In this document: positions 1-12,790 of the stretch, piece after piece | How the letters are laid out: the number at the start of each line of letters is the position of its first letter | Numbering within the stretch: the stretch's first letter is position 1 | Origin: Felis catus | Lineage: Eukaryota | Reading direction: 5' to 3' | DNA length: 64,000 bases | NCBI RefSeq assembly: GCF_018350175.1 | Contig: NC_058377.1 | Location: 100,378,001-100,442,000, forward strand | Translations under genes and position numbers: made by a program | Notes under the pieces: model-generated | What the model was told of the DNA's origin: nothing | Databases searched by the model: none | What the model saw: only the letters and a program-made list of their open reading frames with translations

Positions 1-592
1 CATCCCTAGAGAACATTAAGTTTTGTATCTACAATGGTATAGTAATTTCCAACCCATAGAGGTGCTATTGTAGATAATTCCTTCTCCACTCATCTCGCAA
101 GGAAAGCAAAATGAATTAGGAAGACTTGCTGACAAAAATAATCCTTTTAAAGCTCTTAATTAGAGACATTCTACTGATGATGCATATGTTCTGGGTACAG
201 ATATTCTGAGAAATACGGGGCTATTGATTGCTCGTTAAAAAGGACAACTCAGGGACATTCATAAACGCATTTCTTGTGGTCCAGGATTTTACTGAAGAAA
301 TTATTCGGCTCCATAAGACATTCACACACTTAGAAACATGAATCAGCCATAACTTGGATTCAAATACAGGTTCTATCATTTATTAAGTGTATAGCCTTAC
401 ACAAGTTAATTATTCTGCTTTTTCTCAGCCATAAAATTTGTCTAAACAGAGCCAGATGGGAGAATTAAATGAGAAAACATGTATTACGTACTAACAAAAT
501 ACGTGGTATGCAGCACATGCTAAATTATTACTATTATTTTGATATTTTGTGTATAGACTATATATCTCTACATCGATATCACAGTGCATATA

Positions 593-814
593 GGGGAGCC
601 TGGGTGGCTCAGTCAGCTGAGCATCTGACTTCAGCTCAAGTCATGATCTCGCGGTTTGTGAGTTTGAGCCCTGCATCTGGCTCTGTGCTGGCAGGTCAGA
701 GCCTGGAGCCTGCTTCGGATTCTGTGTCTCCCTCTCCCTTTGCCCCTCCCCTGCTCATGTTCTGTCTCTCCCTCTCTCTCAAAAATAAATAAACATTAAA
801 AAAATTAAAAAAAA
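593..814 (+). mobile_element. CanSINE (SINEC_Fc-like)
   Basis: ggggagcctgggtggctcagtc...(CT)n...aaaataaataaacattaaaa. Confidence 0.95.
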
Positions 815-949
815 TTTACATAGTAAATTTATTTTAGCTTCATCTGGAGACCAATAATATATTTATTGTTTAGGTCATTGACGAAATTCGATGAATGAAT
901 GATTAAATGTGAATTCAAGTAATGTATGATTTTTTACCTTATCATTTGG

Positions 950-1500
950 TTAATATAATCAAGATTGATAATATTCAGTGTGAGTAAAACGGTGGGAAAA
1001 ACTACTCTTTCATACACTGTTGATGAGAATGAAAGATACTTCAGGATTTTGAGAGAACAGTTACAGAAGCAATCGAAATTCAACATATGCATAGTTTTTG
1101 ATCCGGTGATGGCATTACTAGGAATTTCTCCAACCAGGAAGTATTCAACCAGGAAACATTCAAACCAGAAAGCAAAAATGTCAGTAAAGTGACGTCCAGT
1201 GCATCATTGTGTATAGGACAGAATACTAGAAATAGCATGAATGTCAAGCAAAAACAAATTGGTTATATGAATTATAGTACAACCATAAAATAGAATCACA
1301 TGCAGAAGTTAAAATGTAGGAAAATTCATAACTGTTGACAAATAATGCCCAGTTAAATTAAAATTTCAAGAATATTATGGTATTTTATATACTTTTATAT
1401 AGAACAAAACCCATAAATGTGCACATAGAATATTCCTGCATACAAATGCACATCTGAAAAGAGTGAACTACACTATCAATAAAGGGTCCAGTAGGGCTTA
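950..1500 (+). mobile_element. Highly decayed old L1 3' ORF2/UTR fragment
   Basis: tttcatacactgttgatgagaatg...tttgatccggtgatggcattactaggaattt resembles the L1 ORF2 3' end. Boundaries approximate. Confidence 0.5.
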
Positions 1501-3552
1501 TGCTTGGGAGTGGTCCTTTGACTTTCAGCTTTCTATCACTCTACCTCTCCATACGAAATATTTTCCAAGGGCTATATCTTACTTTTGCGATTTATAAAAC
1601 TTAAACTGAGCATTTAGTAGAAGTATATGGATACTTCTAATAAAATCTAATATCATTTACTAGAAGCCTGTGTAAACACGTGATCCAAAGGCAGAGGATC
1701 TGTTTTAAAATAGTTTGTGGTCAGTATCCTTCTCCTCATTCTAGGAAAAGAAATAGAGATCCTGATCTAAGCCCTTTTTACATTTATAAAATCATTTAAT
1801 CCTTACAACAACCTTTTGGAATAGGTAACATTACCTTCCCACTTTATAGAAAATGGAACTGAGGCACAGAGAAGTTGTCTGGCCTATTTTATGTACTCAG
1901 AAATGAGAACTGACTGTAGTGTGGAAAATCAGGAATTTTACATAGGTCTTTAAGTTCTTACTCCCTACTCCCAATTGAACTCCAGTTTAGCTAGGCACAC
2001 CTACTCAAGGTATCTCATAACTCAGTTAGTAGGGGTGTATGTGACTAACTTTTATGAGACATCAAAAATATCACAAGCATTATAATAAATATTTAACAAA
2101 CATCTACACTATAATTTAATTTAATATTTTATCCCATTTTAATATTTATAAATGTAAATATCAAAATCTAAACTATAATGCTAGGAACTTATTATGTTTA
2201 ATACAACTCTGAAAAAAACCCCGTGATTTAAAGACCATGTGTAACTTCTGGTTGATTACATCCCTGGCAGGTCCAGAATGAAATGTAGGTTTTTGTGATG
2301 TCAAAATTCACATATTTTGGCTATGTACATTATGTTTTTCCTTTCTTCATGCGTTGCTCATGCTGTTCTCTTTCCTGTTGACTTTCTTTGTTAAAAACTT
2401 AGAAGTTTCTAAATTCTCATGTCAAGGCTTAGATCACTTAATCTTCTTTGAAATCTATAGATCATACTGATAATTTCCCTTCTGGAACTTACATTGTATA
2501 TGCATCATTTCAGGAGTGCTCATTCTGTTTCCTTCTTTACAGGTAGGGCACCTCCTCTATCCCTCACAGTTTTGGACATGTTATGGAATGAGAAATATGT
2601 ACTGTCTAGGTAATCATTAGAGAATTGAAGCAATGCAGTTTTTCACTTCTTTGTCTGAATGGTCTTTTTGCCAACGTATTTCATAGGAACACTGGAAAAA
2701 GAAGGCATTATTACAAAGAGGATCTGAAGGCGGTGGTTCAACACTAAAGCGCAAATCCAAGGTAGGGCTCCACTCTTGGGATTGGCTAATGTATGCCTAG
2801 GAGTAGAAATGAGAAAGCTGAAAGATGGGATATATGAGCTTAGATGCCAGAAGGATAGCCTGGCTCTGACAATGGCACTCTCTCATTTCTGGAGGCAAGA
2901 CGGGCACCAGTATTGTTTGGGCATTTTCCTTGGATACTATTTTCCTTGGTTGAATCCAGTTTCATGGATTTAATTAAATTTAATTAAATGACTAGAGTGT
3001 ACACAGCACAGCATTAGACATTTGTGGAAATAGAATAAATTAGCTATCCTTAAGCATCCACATAGGGAGATAACACTGACATGAAATTTTTAAAAAATTG
3101 GCCAGGAATACAGCTGAATTACCACTGATATGTATCCTAGCTGGACATTGTAGCAAATATCCAGAATGATGGTGGTGAAGGGGGCATTCGGGAAGAAATG
3201 AGGCAGGAAGGAAGAATAATAATGGGTTTGTTGATAATAGATGGCATGGGCAGAGGCAGGAGGAAGACAGGAGCTTATAGGAACAGAAAATATTCGTGAA
3301 TATTTTGTTAGTGCTCCCCAAACATTCTCATGCCTGGTACTTCCTTCGGGGCTTCAGAAAGCATTGTGAGGCAGGGTATGGAATTCTTAGAGAGGCTGCA
3401 GAGATGGTGGTTAGTATCCTGTGCCATGGACTTGGTGACAGACATACGAAAAGTGTACAACTTCTCTAAGCCTTAACCACTGCATCAGAAAACCAGGGTA
3501 ATACGGGTTCTTGTCTCCTATGGCTTTTGTGGGAATTAAAAGAAAAATATCA

Positions 3553-3707
3553 GGGGCGCCTGGGTGGCTCAGTCGGTTGGGTGTCTGACTCCGGCTCAGG
3601 TCATGATCTCACAGTTCGTGAGTTCAAGCCCTGCGTCGGGCTCTGTGCTGACAGCTCAGAGCCTGGAGCCTGCTTCGGATTCTGTGTCTCCCTCTCTCTC
3701 TGCCCCT
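3553..3707 (+). mobile_element. CanSINE, 3'-truncated (no A tail)
   Basis: ggggcgcctgggtggctcagtcgg... stops abruptly after tctgcccct. Confidence 0.92.
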
Positions 3708-4359
3708 TTAACGGCTAATTACATTGTTTTCTTTTTGCAGGGTTGAAGGTTGTCCAGTCCGTGAGTGCCAGGAGTGGGACAGAGAGCTAAGTCTGCTCGC
3801 TCTGAACCCACAGCCTCTCCCACCAGACTGGACAGACTGACATGTGTGTTCTGGCAGTAAGAGATGGCTTTGACCGCTGTGTGAAGGAGGCATACAAAAA
3901 ATGAGGTTGATTAGTATGGGGCGAGGCCTTGAGTGTCATACCGAGTGTGTATTAGTGGTCAGAAAAGAACTATAACAAATTTATAGATTTTAAGACAGAA
4001 GGGGCATGAGTCTCTATTCTAGTGTATTATGCTTTAAAATATTTTAAGTCCTGAGATGGCTCAAAGGGCATCTTACTTGGAAGTGGGAACATTTAAGGCA
4101 GGTAGGAGCGAAGCTTCTGTGCTTGAGAGGGACAGAGTCCCTGAACCGGCTCCTTTGAACCCCTAGCATTCCACTCATCTACCACAGCTGCCTCCTTCTC
4201 CAGATGAGGAAACGGAGGCCCAGAGTGGTGAGAATGTGATGACACATCTTCAGAGATAAGAGGGATAATTTGGAATGAAACCTGGCTAGCCTGATTCTGA
4301 GACTACGTTCCTTCTACACTATTAGGGCTATTATAGGACTTTTAAAGTTCTGAGGTGGA

Positions 4360-4548
4360 GATTGGGGTTAGCCCATACTGTAGATTGGGGTTAGTCCATA
4401 TTGCAGATTGGGGCTAGCCTATCCTGGAGATTGGGATTAGCCCATACTGTAGATTGGGATTAGCCCATACTGTAGATTGGGGTTAGCCCATATTGCAGAC
4501 TGGGGTTAGCCTATCCTGGAGATTGGGGTTAGCCCATACTGTAGATTG
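4360..4548. repeat. Minisatellite, 8 x 23 bp (GATTGGGGTTAGCCCATACTGTA)
   Basis: Head-to-tail units starting at 4360, 4383, 4406, 4429, 4452, 4475, 4498, 4521. Confidence 0.95.
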
Positions 4549-4807
4549 CAAACAGTGCCTTGGCAACTGTGTACCTTGTTTAGTAAAAGGAATAATATTA
4601 GGAATGTGTCTTTGGGGATTTAGAGGAATTTTAGAGAACCTTATTTATATTCCCCACAGGTCTCTAACATATTCCTATCAAGTGGCAGATAGCCTCTGCT
4701 TAGGTAGTCATAGCAGAGAGAAGTTTACTACTGGAACAGTGCTTTTATCATATCATTTAGTGGCAGTGACACTTGTATATAGCTGACTGAGACCACTGTT
4801 CACTCCT

Positions 4808-5025
4808 TCAGTGGCATAGTGTAACGGTTAAGAGCTCGTGTCTCAAAATGAGATTATATGGATTCATAATCCTCACTCATTTTAGATGAGACACTTACTG
4901 ACTCCAAACATCAGTTTCCTCATCCTCAAGATGGGATTTATGATAGCCTCCAACTCATGTGGTATGAAAAATAATTGCAGTAATGCATGTAACAGACTAA
5001 GTGTACCTTGCTGGTACATAGTGAG
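4808..5025 (+). mobile_element. MIR SINE relic (other MIR-like relics at about 330-530, 1780-1920, 5540-5700, 37030-37240, 58610-58825)
   Basis: cagtggcatagtgtaacggttaagagc...cagtttcctcatcctcaagatggg...tggtacatagtgagt. Confidence 0.6.
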
Positions 5026-5883
5026 TAAAAAAAAAAAATGAATTGTTTTATTGATATTTTGGTTATTCTTTAAAATTCTTTGTTTCGCCTGGGGCACTCC
5101 TTCACAAGGAAAAATGGAAGGAATGATTTGTACTAGTTCAGGCTCACGTGCAGGGGTGATATCAGCTAAGTTGGATCGGGGTCTTCCTTGGGCAGAGAAA
5201 GAGGCACAGTTTTATTTTCTTTAGTCAGCATATCTGGAAAATTATTAGAGTCTTGGAATGTTAGTTACAGTTAATTAGTTGTAATTTCTAGTTTCAGGAT
5301 TGGATTATATATATAATTAGAACACGTTCTTTATGGTAAAATTGTCATCAAATTTGTTGTTGAATTTTACTGTAGGATTTATTTAGTAAAATGAACACAG
5401 GAAGCATAAATTTATCTCACTGGTTTGTTATGATAGCGAAATTATATCATGAAGCAAATGTCTCTACCATATCGAGAACTTGATAGACTCTTAAGAGAAG
5501 TGACATTGCTGGCCATTGCTATTGATTTTGATCCAGGAAAAGCCGGATTTGAATTTGGTTTCAATGTTTTCTAACGGTGGGAACTTAGTGTCTTATTTTT
5601 CTACTCTTTGAAGCCTCCATATCTTATCTCTAAAATGTAGAAAATGTCTCATAGGGTATTCCACTGCCTGAGACATATTCACAGTACGTAATAATAATCC
5701 AGTTTGAGAAGATAACATGTACATGGAAAGAGTATAGCTTTTAATAAGTGGGGAGTCCTTGGGATATGACCTAGCTGGTAGGCTGTTCAACTTAGATCAT
5801 TCTAAGTGCTCACTGCATATGTGGAAGAAGTGAAGGAGAATTTATGTGTTCTTGGTTGTTGGGTGTGTCTAGTGATAAATGAG

Positions 5884-6329
5884 TGTTAGCTTCTGGCTTG
5901 AAGTTACCAAAAATCAGAGGCTGAAAGAAGGCTTGTACGTAGGTGGTTTATTCTGGAGGCAGTGAATGGGGAGAGTGAAATAGGGGAGAAAGGCAAGTTA
6001 ATCCAAGATTGTGGTTAAACTGGTTACCATTTATTCTCTGGCTTCTATTTATGAATGGTCTAGGATTTCTTTCAACTATGTTAATCTCTTCATATTTCCA
6101 GGTAGGAGTATGTGCCAGAACAATGAAGTGGGGTTTTCCAAGTATCTCAAGCAACACATGTGGGGACAGGAAACAACAGATGTACTGGGAAGTGAAGGTG
6201 TTGGTGGAGGGATCAGTAGGATGGAGCTCTTGTCAGGCTATACTGTTAGCAGTTGGTTGCTGTGTCAGTGGCTGGAGCAAAAAGTAGGTCAAGAAGGTAT
6301 AAGACACAGTGAAAAAATTGTCCAGCACA
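5884..6329. mobile_element. Ancient ERVL (LTR16-like) LTR relic just upstream of the first OR
   Basis: caaaaatcagaggctgaaagaaggcttg...ggtttattctggagg and the terminal tgtccagcaca resemble my recollection of LTR16-family consensus. Heavily diverged. Confidence 0.4.
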
Positions 6330-6410
6330 CTCAATGATTCCTGATTCAAAATAGTATTCTTTTGTAGATTTTCCAGCTCAGTGTGGTGTGCTTATCTCAG
6401 CCCAAAGTAA

Positions 6411-7418
6411 ATGGAGAATCCAAACAATGCGACTGAATTCATTCTTTTGGGCATCACAGAGAACCCAGAGCTGCGGAAAATGCTCTCTGCTGTGTTTCTA
6501 ATCCTGTACGTGTCCACGGTTTTGGGGAACCTACTCATGGTGGTAACCGTGATCACAAGTCAGAGCCTGAGGTCACCTATGTATTTTTTCCTCACTTCTT
6601 TGTCCCTCATGGACGCCACCTACTGTTCTGTCATTGCCCCCAAGATGATCCTGGACTCCTTCTCCGAGAGAACTACCATCTCCTTTGAAGGCTGCATGAC
6701 CCAACTCTTTGCGGAGCATTTCTTTGGTGGTGTGGGGGTCATCCTTCTCGTCGTGATGGCCTATGACCGCTACGTGGCCATCTGTAAGCCCCTGCACTAC
6801 CCGAGCATCATGAACCCTCGGGTGTGCCGCCTGCTGCTGGGAGGCGCCTGCGTGGGGGGGTTTATCCACGCAGCGATACAGCTTCTCTTCATGTATCAAA
6901 TACCCTTCTGTGGTTCCAATGTCATCGATCACTTCATGTGTGATTTGTTCCCATTGCTGAAACTCGCCTGCATGGACACCCATGCCCTGGGTCTCTTAGT
7001 CATCCTCAACAGTGGGGTGATGTGTATGACCATCTTCCTTATCCTCGTGGCCTCCTACGTGGTCATCCTCTGCTCCCTGAAGTCTTGCAGCTCTGCGGGG
7101 CGGCGCAAAGCCCTGTCGACCTGTGGCTCCCACCTCACTGTGGTCGTCTTGTTCTTCGTGCCCTGCATTTTCCTGTACGTGCGGCCTGTGGCCACTTACC
7201 CCATAGACAAAGCAATGGCTGTGTCCTTTACCATTGTTGCACCCATGTTAAACCCCCTGATCTACACCTTGAGGAATGCAGAGGTGAAAAATGCCATGAG
7301 GAAATTGTGGGTCAAGAAGGTAGAAGACACTTCTATACAAGAAGGTATAAGAAACAAACAACCCTGGGGTGTCACTAATTTGTATGCGAAGGGCAAATCA
7401 TTCCTTCAAGGACAATGA
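6411..7418 (+). CDS. Olfactory receptor, family 4 subfamily C; OR4C6-like 5' 800 nt with a divergent TM7 and a non-canonical 35-aa C-terminal tail
   Basis: 335-aa ORF with OR motifs GN (TM1), [45 protein letters not shown]. Pyrimidine tract plus TAG acceptor at 6366-6367, 43 nt before the ATG. 6411-7210 is nearly identical to the - strand gene at 63043-63842. Confidence 0.95.
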   Translation: MENPNNATEFILLGITENPELRKMLSAVFLILYVSTVLGNLLMVVTVITSQSLRSPMYFFLTSLSLMDATYCSVIAPKMILDSFSERTTISFEGCMTQLFAEHFFGGVGVILLVVMAYDRYVAICKPLHYPSIMNPRVCRLLLGGACVGGFIHAAIQLLFMYQIPFCGSNVIDHFMCDLFPLLKLACMDTHALGLLVILNSGVMCMTIFLILVASYVVILCSLKSCSSAGRRKALSTCGSHLTVVVLFFVPCIFLYVRPVATYPIDKAMAVSFTIVAPMLNPLIYTLRNAEVKNAMRKLWVKKVEDTSIQEGIRNKQPWGVTNLYAKGKSFLQGQ

Positions 7419-8479
7419 GGTTTTGTCCCTCCACCATTCATCCCAATCCATTGGGCACATGGCAACCAGTAGCATTTTTAATATGCAAATCACACTAAGA
7501 CACTACAATCACCCTATTTCCCACCTCTCCAGTACATTTTATACTCCATCACTTTTCTTACTAGATTCTGGCCACTCTTTTTTCTTTTTTTTTTTAAACC
7601 TGTTTTTTTTTTTTTCTTTTTAAACAATTCAAGCCTGATTTTCAATAATTCAAGTCTTGGTTCAGGGCTTTTGTTTGTTCTTATTCTGTTCACTGCTGGA
7701 CTTCTCTTTTCCAGAGATTTCGCTTGGTGGGCTCCACCTCATTTTTTCCATCTTCGGATGAACTCCCACATCCTTAGATAAGTCTGTCCTGATGATTTTC
7801 CCTAGTCATTCTTCCCTCAGTTACCTCTTCATTCCTGGATTCACTTTACATTTCTCGACCTTGCCTCATGTCAAGAAGGAAGAAAAAGCCCATGAAAGCA
7901 TAATAACTTGCTCTCTAAAAAATTTAGGATGATAATTTTTCTATTTTAATTATAGAATTAAAGAACTGGAAAGGTCATAACGATATCCCTAGCCTTACAT
8001 ATTTGTAATGTGTATGGTAATTTTCCCCATATCAAAAGCAGGTCCAAAACCTACATCTTCTCTTACAAAGGTGAGAGCTGTTCTTACCATTTGTGCTGAA
8101 ATTATTACCTGTCAGTTAGATTTCACAAATTCCTTCTCATATCTGCCCTATGGGTTCCCCAAATTAATTCACGTTAAATACCTTTGCTCATTAAACATAT
8201 TTCTTAGGAGCTCAGTGCCTGACTTTTTAAACCCTAACATCTGAAACAAATATTGATCTTACTACTTTTTTATAGGGATTTGCTGTTACTAGTGTAGTTT
8301 GTAAATTTCATATGATTATGTAAAATTGAAATATGATAAAATATGAAAATTCAATATTATTCATGATGCAAAGGCATAGCAAAATAGGGTAAAATGGTGC
8401 TTTAATTTGAAAAAGAGTATATGCCTAAAAAGCCCTTGCAAGCATCACATTTTGGGGGAAACATTAGATGGACTTTCTT

Positions 8480-9730
8480 CCTGTTTCATTGAGAAAAATT
8501 AAGACATCAGAATACTTCCACAGACTTGTGACTATACCTACCAATCTGTCAGCACCTGTTCAATCATATGCTACCTTCTTACTCCACTAAATACATTATC
8601 TGTATTCCTGTCTGAAGGCAACCAATCTGTGCTCTGGACTTCAACTCCTTATCACTTACATAAAGGCATCTCTTTTTTCATTTCCCTTACGAATGGATCC
8701 TTTGCATCAGCAAAGAGGCAGTCTGATATCTTTCATTTTTAAAATAAACTATTCCCTTGATCTCATTTCCTTTATCAAGTACTACTCTGTTTCATTGTCT
8801 CTTCTTTGTAGCAAAACTTAAGCGATTCTGTAATGCCTGTTTCCCATTTCTCCCTTTCCAATCTCTTTACATCTTTTTCAGGCATACTTCAGGACCTAGC
8901 ACTAAAAATGCTCTTTTCAAGATCACCAGTGACATCTGTGTCACTCATTGAATAGGCTTTCCTCATTTCTCATCTTATGGACTCCATCACTGAATCCAAT
9001 CTTCCATGACATATTTTCCCTACTTGACCTCGACTCCCAAATTACTACCTCCAGCTCAGGCTTCTCTCTGGAGGCTGAGATCTGGAAACCCAACCTCCTT
9101 CATGGCATTTCCTCTTGAATGACTAATAGATTCTTTTCCCACCTCTCAATCTACTCTGTTCACAATATTCTATATTTCAGCTGGTGGCATAGTTGGTCTC
9201 TCTTTCTCATACCCCCGTTTATCAGGAAATTCTGTTGGCTCTATCTTCAATACATACTCCAAATTCACCCACTTGTGATCTCTTTTGGACCTGTTTTCTA
9301 GTTCCTAGCCACTTCCGTCTTTCACCTGAATATTTGCAATTCTCACCCACTCTTCTCACTTCTTTCTTGTCATTCTCTGCCCTATTGCTCTATTGTCAAC
9401 ACAACACGCAGAAATATCCTTAAACCCAGAAGTCAGATAATAGCCACGCCTTTATTCAATACTCTGAAATGACTCTTGATCTCACTCAGGTTAAACGCTA
9501 AAACCTTTTGCAATTACCAACAATCAAGTGCACATAATCTGACTGCCCTCTTATTACTCTCAACTCCTCCCTTATGACTAAACCCTCGCTGACTCCTCTG
9601 GTTACTCTGGCATCTCTCTGTTCCTCTTACTGGTCATTTACATTCTTGCTGCAGGGTCTTTATATGTAGGCTATTCTCTCTGCCCAAAATACTTTCTCCC
9701 AGTCGTCTGCATGACTAGCTCACTTGATGC
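8480..9730 (+). mobile_element. L2 LINE relic
   Basis: Pyrimidine-rich, with ctcttttcaagatcaccagtgacatc, ttctgttggctctatcttcaatacatac, agtcagataatagccacgcc typical of L2. Boundaries approximate. Confidence 0.6.
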
Positions 9731-11766
9731 TCCCAGACGGGAAGAACTTCTATTTTTAATTTAATAATAATATTTAAATAATACATAGACCTGGGCAAGC
9801 AAGGCTTCTGGTCTTCATTCCACACTTGGAAATGTCTTCTGTGAAGTTTTCTAGGTTCTCTGGTGTCTGGAACTGGGTAGTGCCTTCTGGTGGGGTACTC
9901 CAGCCTGGACCTGATTGCATGGGTCTCATCCTTGTTTCCTCCTTTGGGGTGCTCTTTGGCTCTCTGTGCTACACATGGCACCAACCAGATGCCCTAGAAA
10001 CTCTGGATTCTCTACTGTACTGTACTATACTATGTTATGAAGTATCCTAGGTTTTATGCCCAGGACCTTGGTTCCAGGAGGGCATTATGTCAAGCAAGAG
10101 GCATTATTCCAACATACAGAGGTTCTGGAGAGAATAAGAAGAGATAGATTCTGGAGATGAAGAGGAAGACAGATGTTTACGCATCAGGAAGAATCTTTCT
10201 GTGTCTAACTGGACAATAAACAAATCCAAAGTACCTCTTTCTACCCTGAATTCTAGAATTCTGTCAATACTTCACTATATCTAATACTGACCTGTGAATC
10301 TTGTAATATACTTTTGAATCAAATTATTATTATTATTATTTTTGTTATTATTACAGTAAAACCTTGGACTCCGAGTAACTTGTTCTACCAGTGTTCCACA
10401 AGATGAGCAAACATTTTTAGGAAATTTTAATCTGATAAACGAATGATATCTTGCAATATGAGTAGTACGTGACACCAAATATCACATGGCCACAACTGAG
10501 CCAACGGTTCTTGAAATTCACTTTGATATACGACAAGTGCTTTGGATCATAAACGTGTTTCTGGAATGAATTATGCTCACAAATCAAGGTTTTACTCTAT
10601 TATTATTATTTCATAAGAGTATTTACCTAGGCAAGGGTCTTGTAAAAAAATATTTGGCTGTTCTGCACACCCTAGATGAGACCCTGATTTTAGAGACACC
10701 AATTTCTGTGATGAATCTCCTGCAAAAGAATGAAGAAGTGCATCTTTGTGGAAATTGATAAACTAACATTAAAATTTGTGTGTATGTGTAGCTATGTTTG
10801 AACAGCCTTGGTAATAAAAACAATGCGAGAGAAGTAGAGACGGGACTGGATCTTCTACATATCAGAATATACCATAAAGCTCTGCTGTGTAAATATTTTG
10901 CTAAAGGCCATTTAATAGAGAATTCTAAAGAACAGAAGAAATGGTCCAGTGGTTAAGCCATCTATCTTTGGAAACTTGGTATAATTTTTGTAATTTAATA
11001 AATGATAAAGGTGGAATTTTAAATCGGTGGGTAAGATTGGTCTATTGGATCAATTCTGAAGGGGCAAATTTCTATTTTCTCTCCCTCTTACCTTGTATTC
11101 CCCCCCCCCCCATTTCATACGTCTCTTTGTACCTGTCTCTATCTCTCTCCTCTGTCTTTTTTGATTTGTACAGTTTCTTTTTTAATTCACAAATTAAATA
11201 TTTGCACAAATAACATGCTTATTATATTATCTGTCCCTTTCGATCTCCCCACTATTATTTCAGTGTTATCCCACTCACTTTCTCTAATAGAATCAAATAA
11301 TAAGGATTAAGCAAAGCGAGGTATGGAATAAAGCAGAAGATGCCAAGTGTGGTTCAAAGAAGGAACCAGGATTCCAGGATTTAATTGCTGGAGTTCTGCT
11401 GTTGAGTCATGTGTTTAAAAGATCGTCTCCTCCAGGAGTGTGTTCCTGGTCAGATGGTTCTTCTGGTCGGGAAAAGTCTCTAAAATGTCAGTTAAAAGAA
11501 AATAGCACGTGCCCGTTAATACCACAGGTGAAGGTACTTCTGCACATTCACTTTTCTGGCAAATCACTTCAATTCTGCTTCTTTTTGTCAGATGTGAAGA
11601 GACATAAAATTCGGTAGGATACAAAAGTGTGTAGAACAACAAACTCCTTGGTATGGACCCTCTCTGAAGAGATCTCATGAGCTAAGTCCAAGTTTCCCTC
11701 AAGCTTCAATCCCAGTGCTACATACTCTGAAGGATTAAAGTAAGCAGACCTGTCATTCCTTCTTTT

Positions 11767-11954
11767 AAAAAACTGTTTATTTATTTTGACAGAGAGAGAC
11801 AGAGAAAAAGAGACAGAGAGAGGAAGTGCAAACAAGTTGGATCCCAACTGTGCTGACATCAGAGAGCCTGATGCGGGGTTCAAACCCATGAACCATGAGA
11901 TCATAACCTGAGCCAAAGTCAACACTTAACCAGCTTAGCCACCCAGGCGCCCCC
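11767..11954 (-). mobile_element. CanSINE with internal deletion
   Basis: Ends gccacccaggcgcccc. TSD tgtcatt(c/a)cttctttt on both sides. Confidence 0.9.
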
Positions 11955-12299
11955 TGTCATTACTTCTTTTAAAAAAAAGTAGAAAGAGAAACATTCCTTT
12001 AATCTCTAAAAATTGTTTTTAGTTTTAAAGTCATAACATATATCGCTTAGGTATTCAGACATAAAAAAAGATTTTTGATGAATCCACACAGCTTTGCACA
12101 TTATTCATAAAATGTGTTATTCCTGAAAAAGCACTTGTTATCTAATCCTAATCCCAATACATTACAGATCCTTATGAATTGATGTGCTTCATCCCAGAAC
12201 TCAGGTCTTGTATTTAGTAAATACACAGGCATTTTGCTTGAATCCTGCACAGAGATATTATGTTCCATCCCAGTATACATAATTTTCTATTCCTGAATA

Positions 12300-12790
12300 T
12301 GAAGGGAAATCAAAGCATCTTCAAATGGGAACCGAGGAGAAGTTTAAAAAAAAAAAAACAACTTTAATTGGTTAGGGACATAAAGGTTTTGCAAGTACCT
12401 GCATAAATCAAATCACAGATAACTGTGTCTTGAAAAATCATACTGATGGGAAATTTCCAAACCCTGAGGAAAACTAAGAAGCAATCCTACAGGTTCATAG
12501 CCGCTCAGGGAAACTTCTTTAAATCCTAGCTGGAAGTCAAGGAGGAAACTTTTGCTTTTTTATTTTATTTTTTTCCCTGAGGCCGTGTTGAAGACCGCTT
12601 GAGAAGCAGTGGGGCACATTCTCTACCTCGTCTGCCAGAGACGCTCTTCTTCTGTCTCCTAGATGTAGAAATAAGACTTGGAAACATGCTTCACATTTTG
12701 GCCAGCCATTGAATGGACTTTTCTCCATAGAGTATAGGTGATTGCCATCACCAGAATTTTCAAGAAACTGATAAATGGTGAGATTTGTGA
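12300..12790 (+). promoter_or_regulatory. Possible OR4C15 promoter
   Basis: No recognisable repeat, about 5 kb upstream of the CDS. TTAATTG near 12364 and three O/E-like sites (accctgagga near 12461, gctcaggga near 12503, tccctgagg near 12574). Motif evidence only. Confidence 0.3.

Noticed and set aside
469-792. Recurrent small ORFs containing AQVMISRFVSSSPASGSVLTAQSLEPASDSVSP (also 3564, 15112, 21279, 29714, 59845)
   Set aside because: Translations of CanSINE copies, not a peptide gene family. The tRNA-like heads are not tRNA genes.
4360-4548. CRISPR-like array
   Set aside because: Units are contiguous with no unique spacers, there are no cas genes, and the context is mammalian; it is a minisatellite.
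6573-6983. Antisense/alternative-frame ORFs over OR genes (also 7022-7378, 54610-55032, 63025-63231, 63270-63572)
   Set aside because: Shadow ORFs of the OR coding sequence; their duplication simply follows the paralogy.
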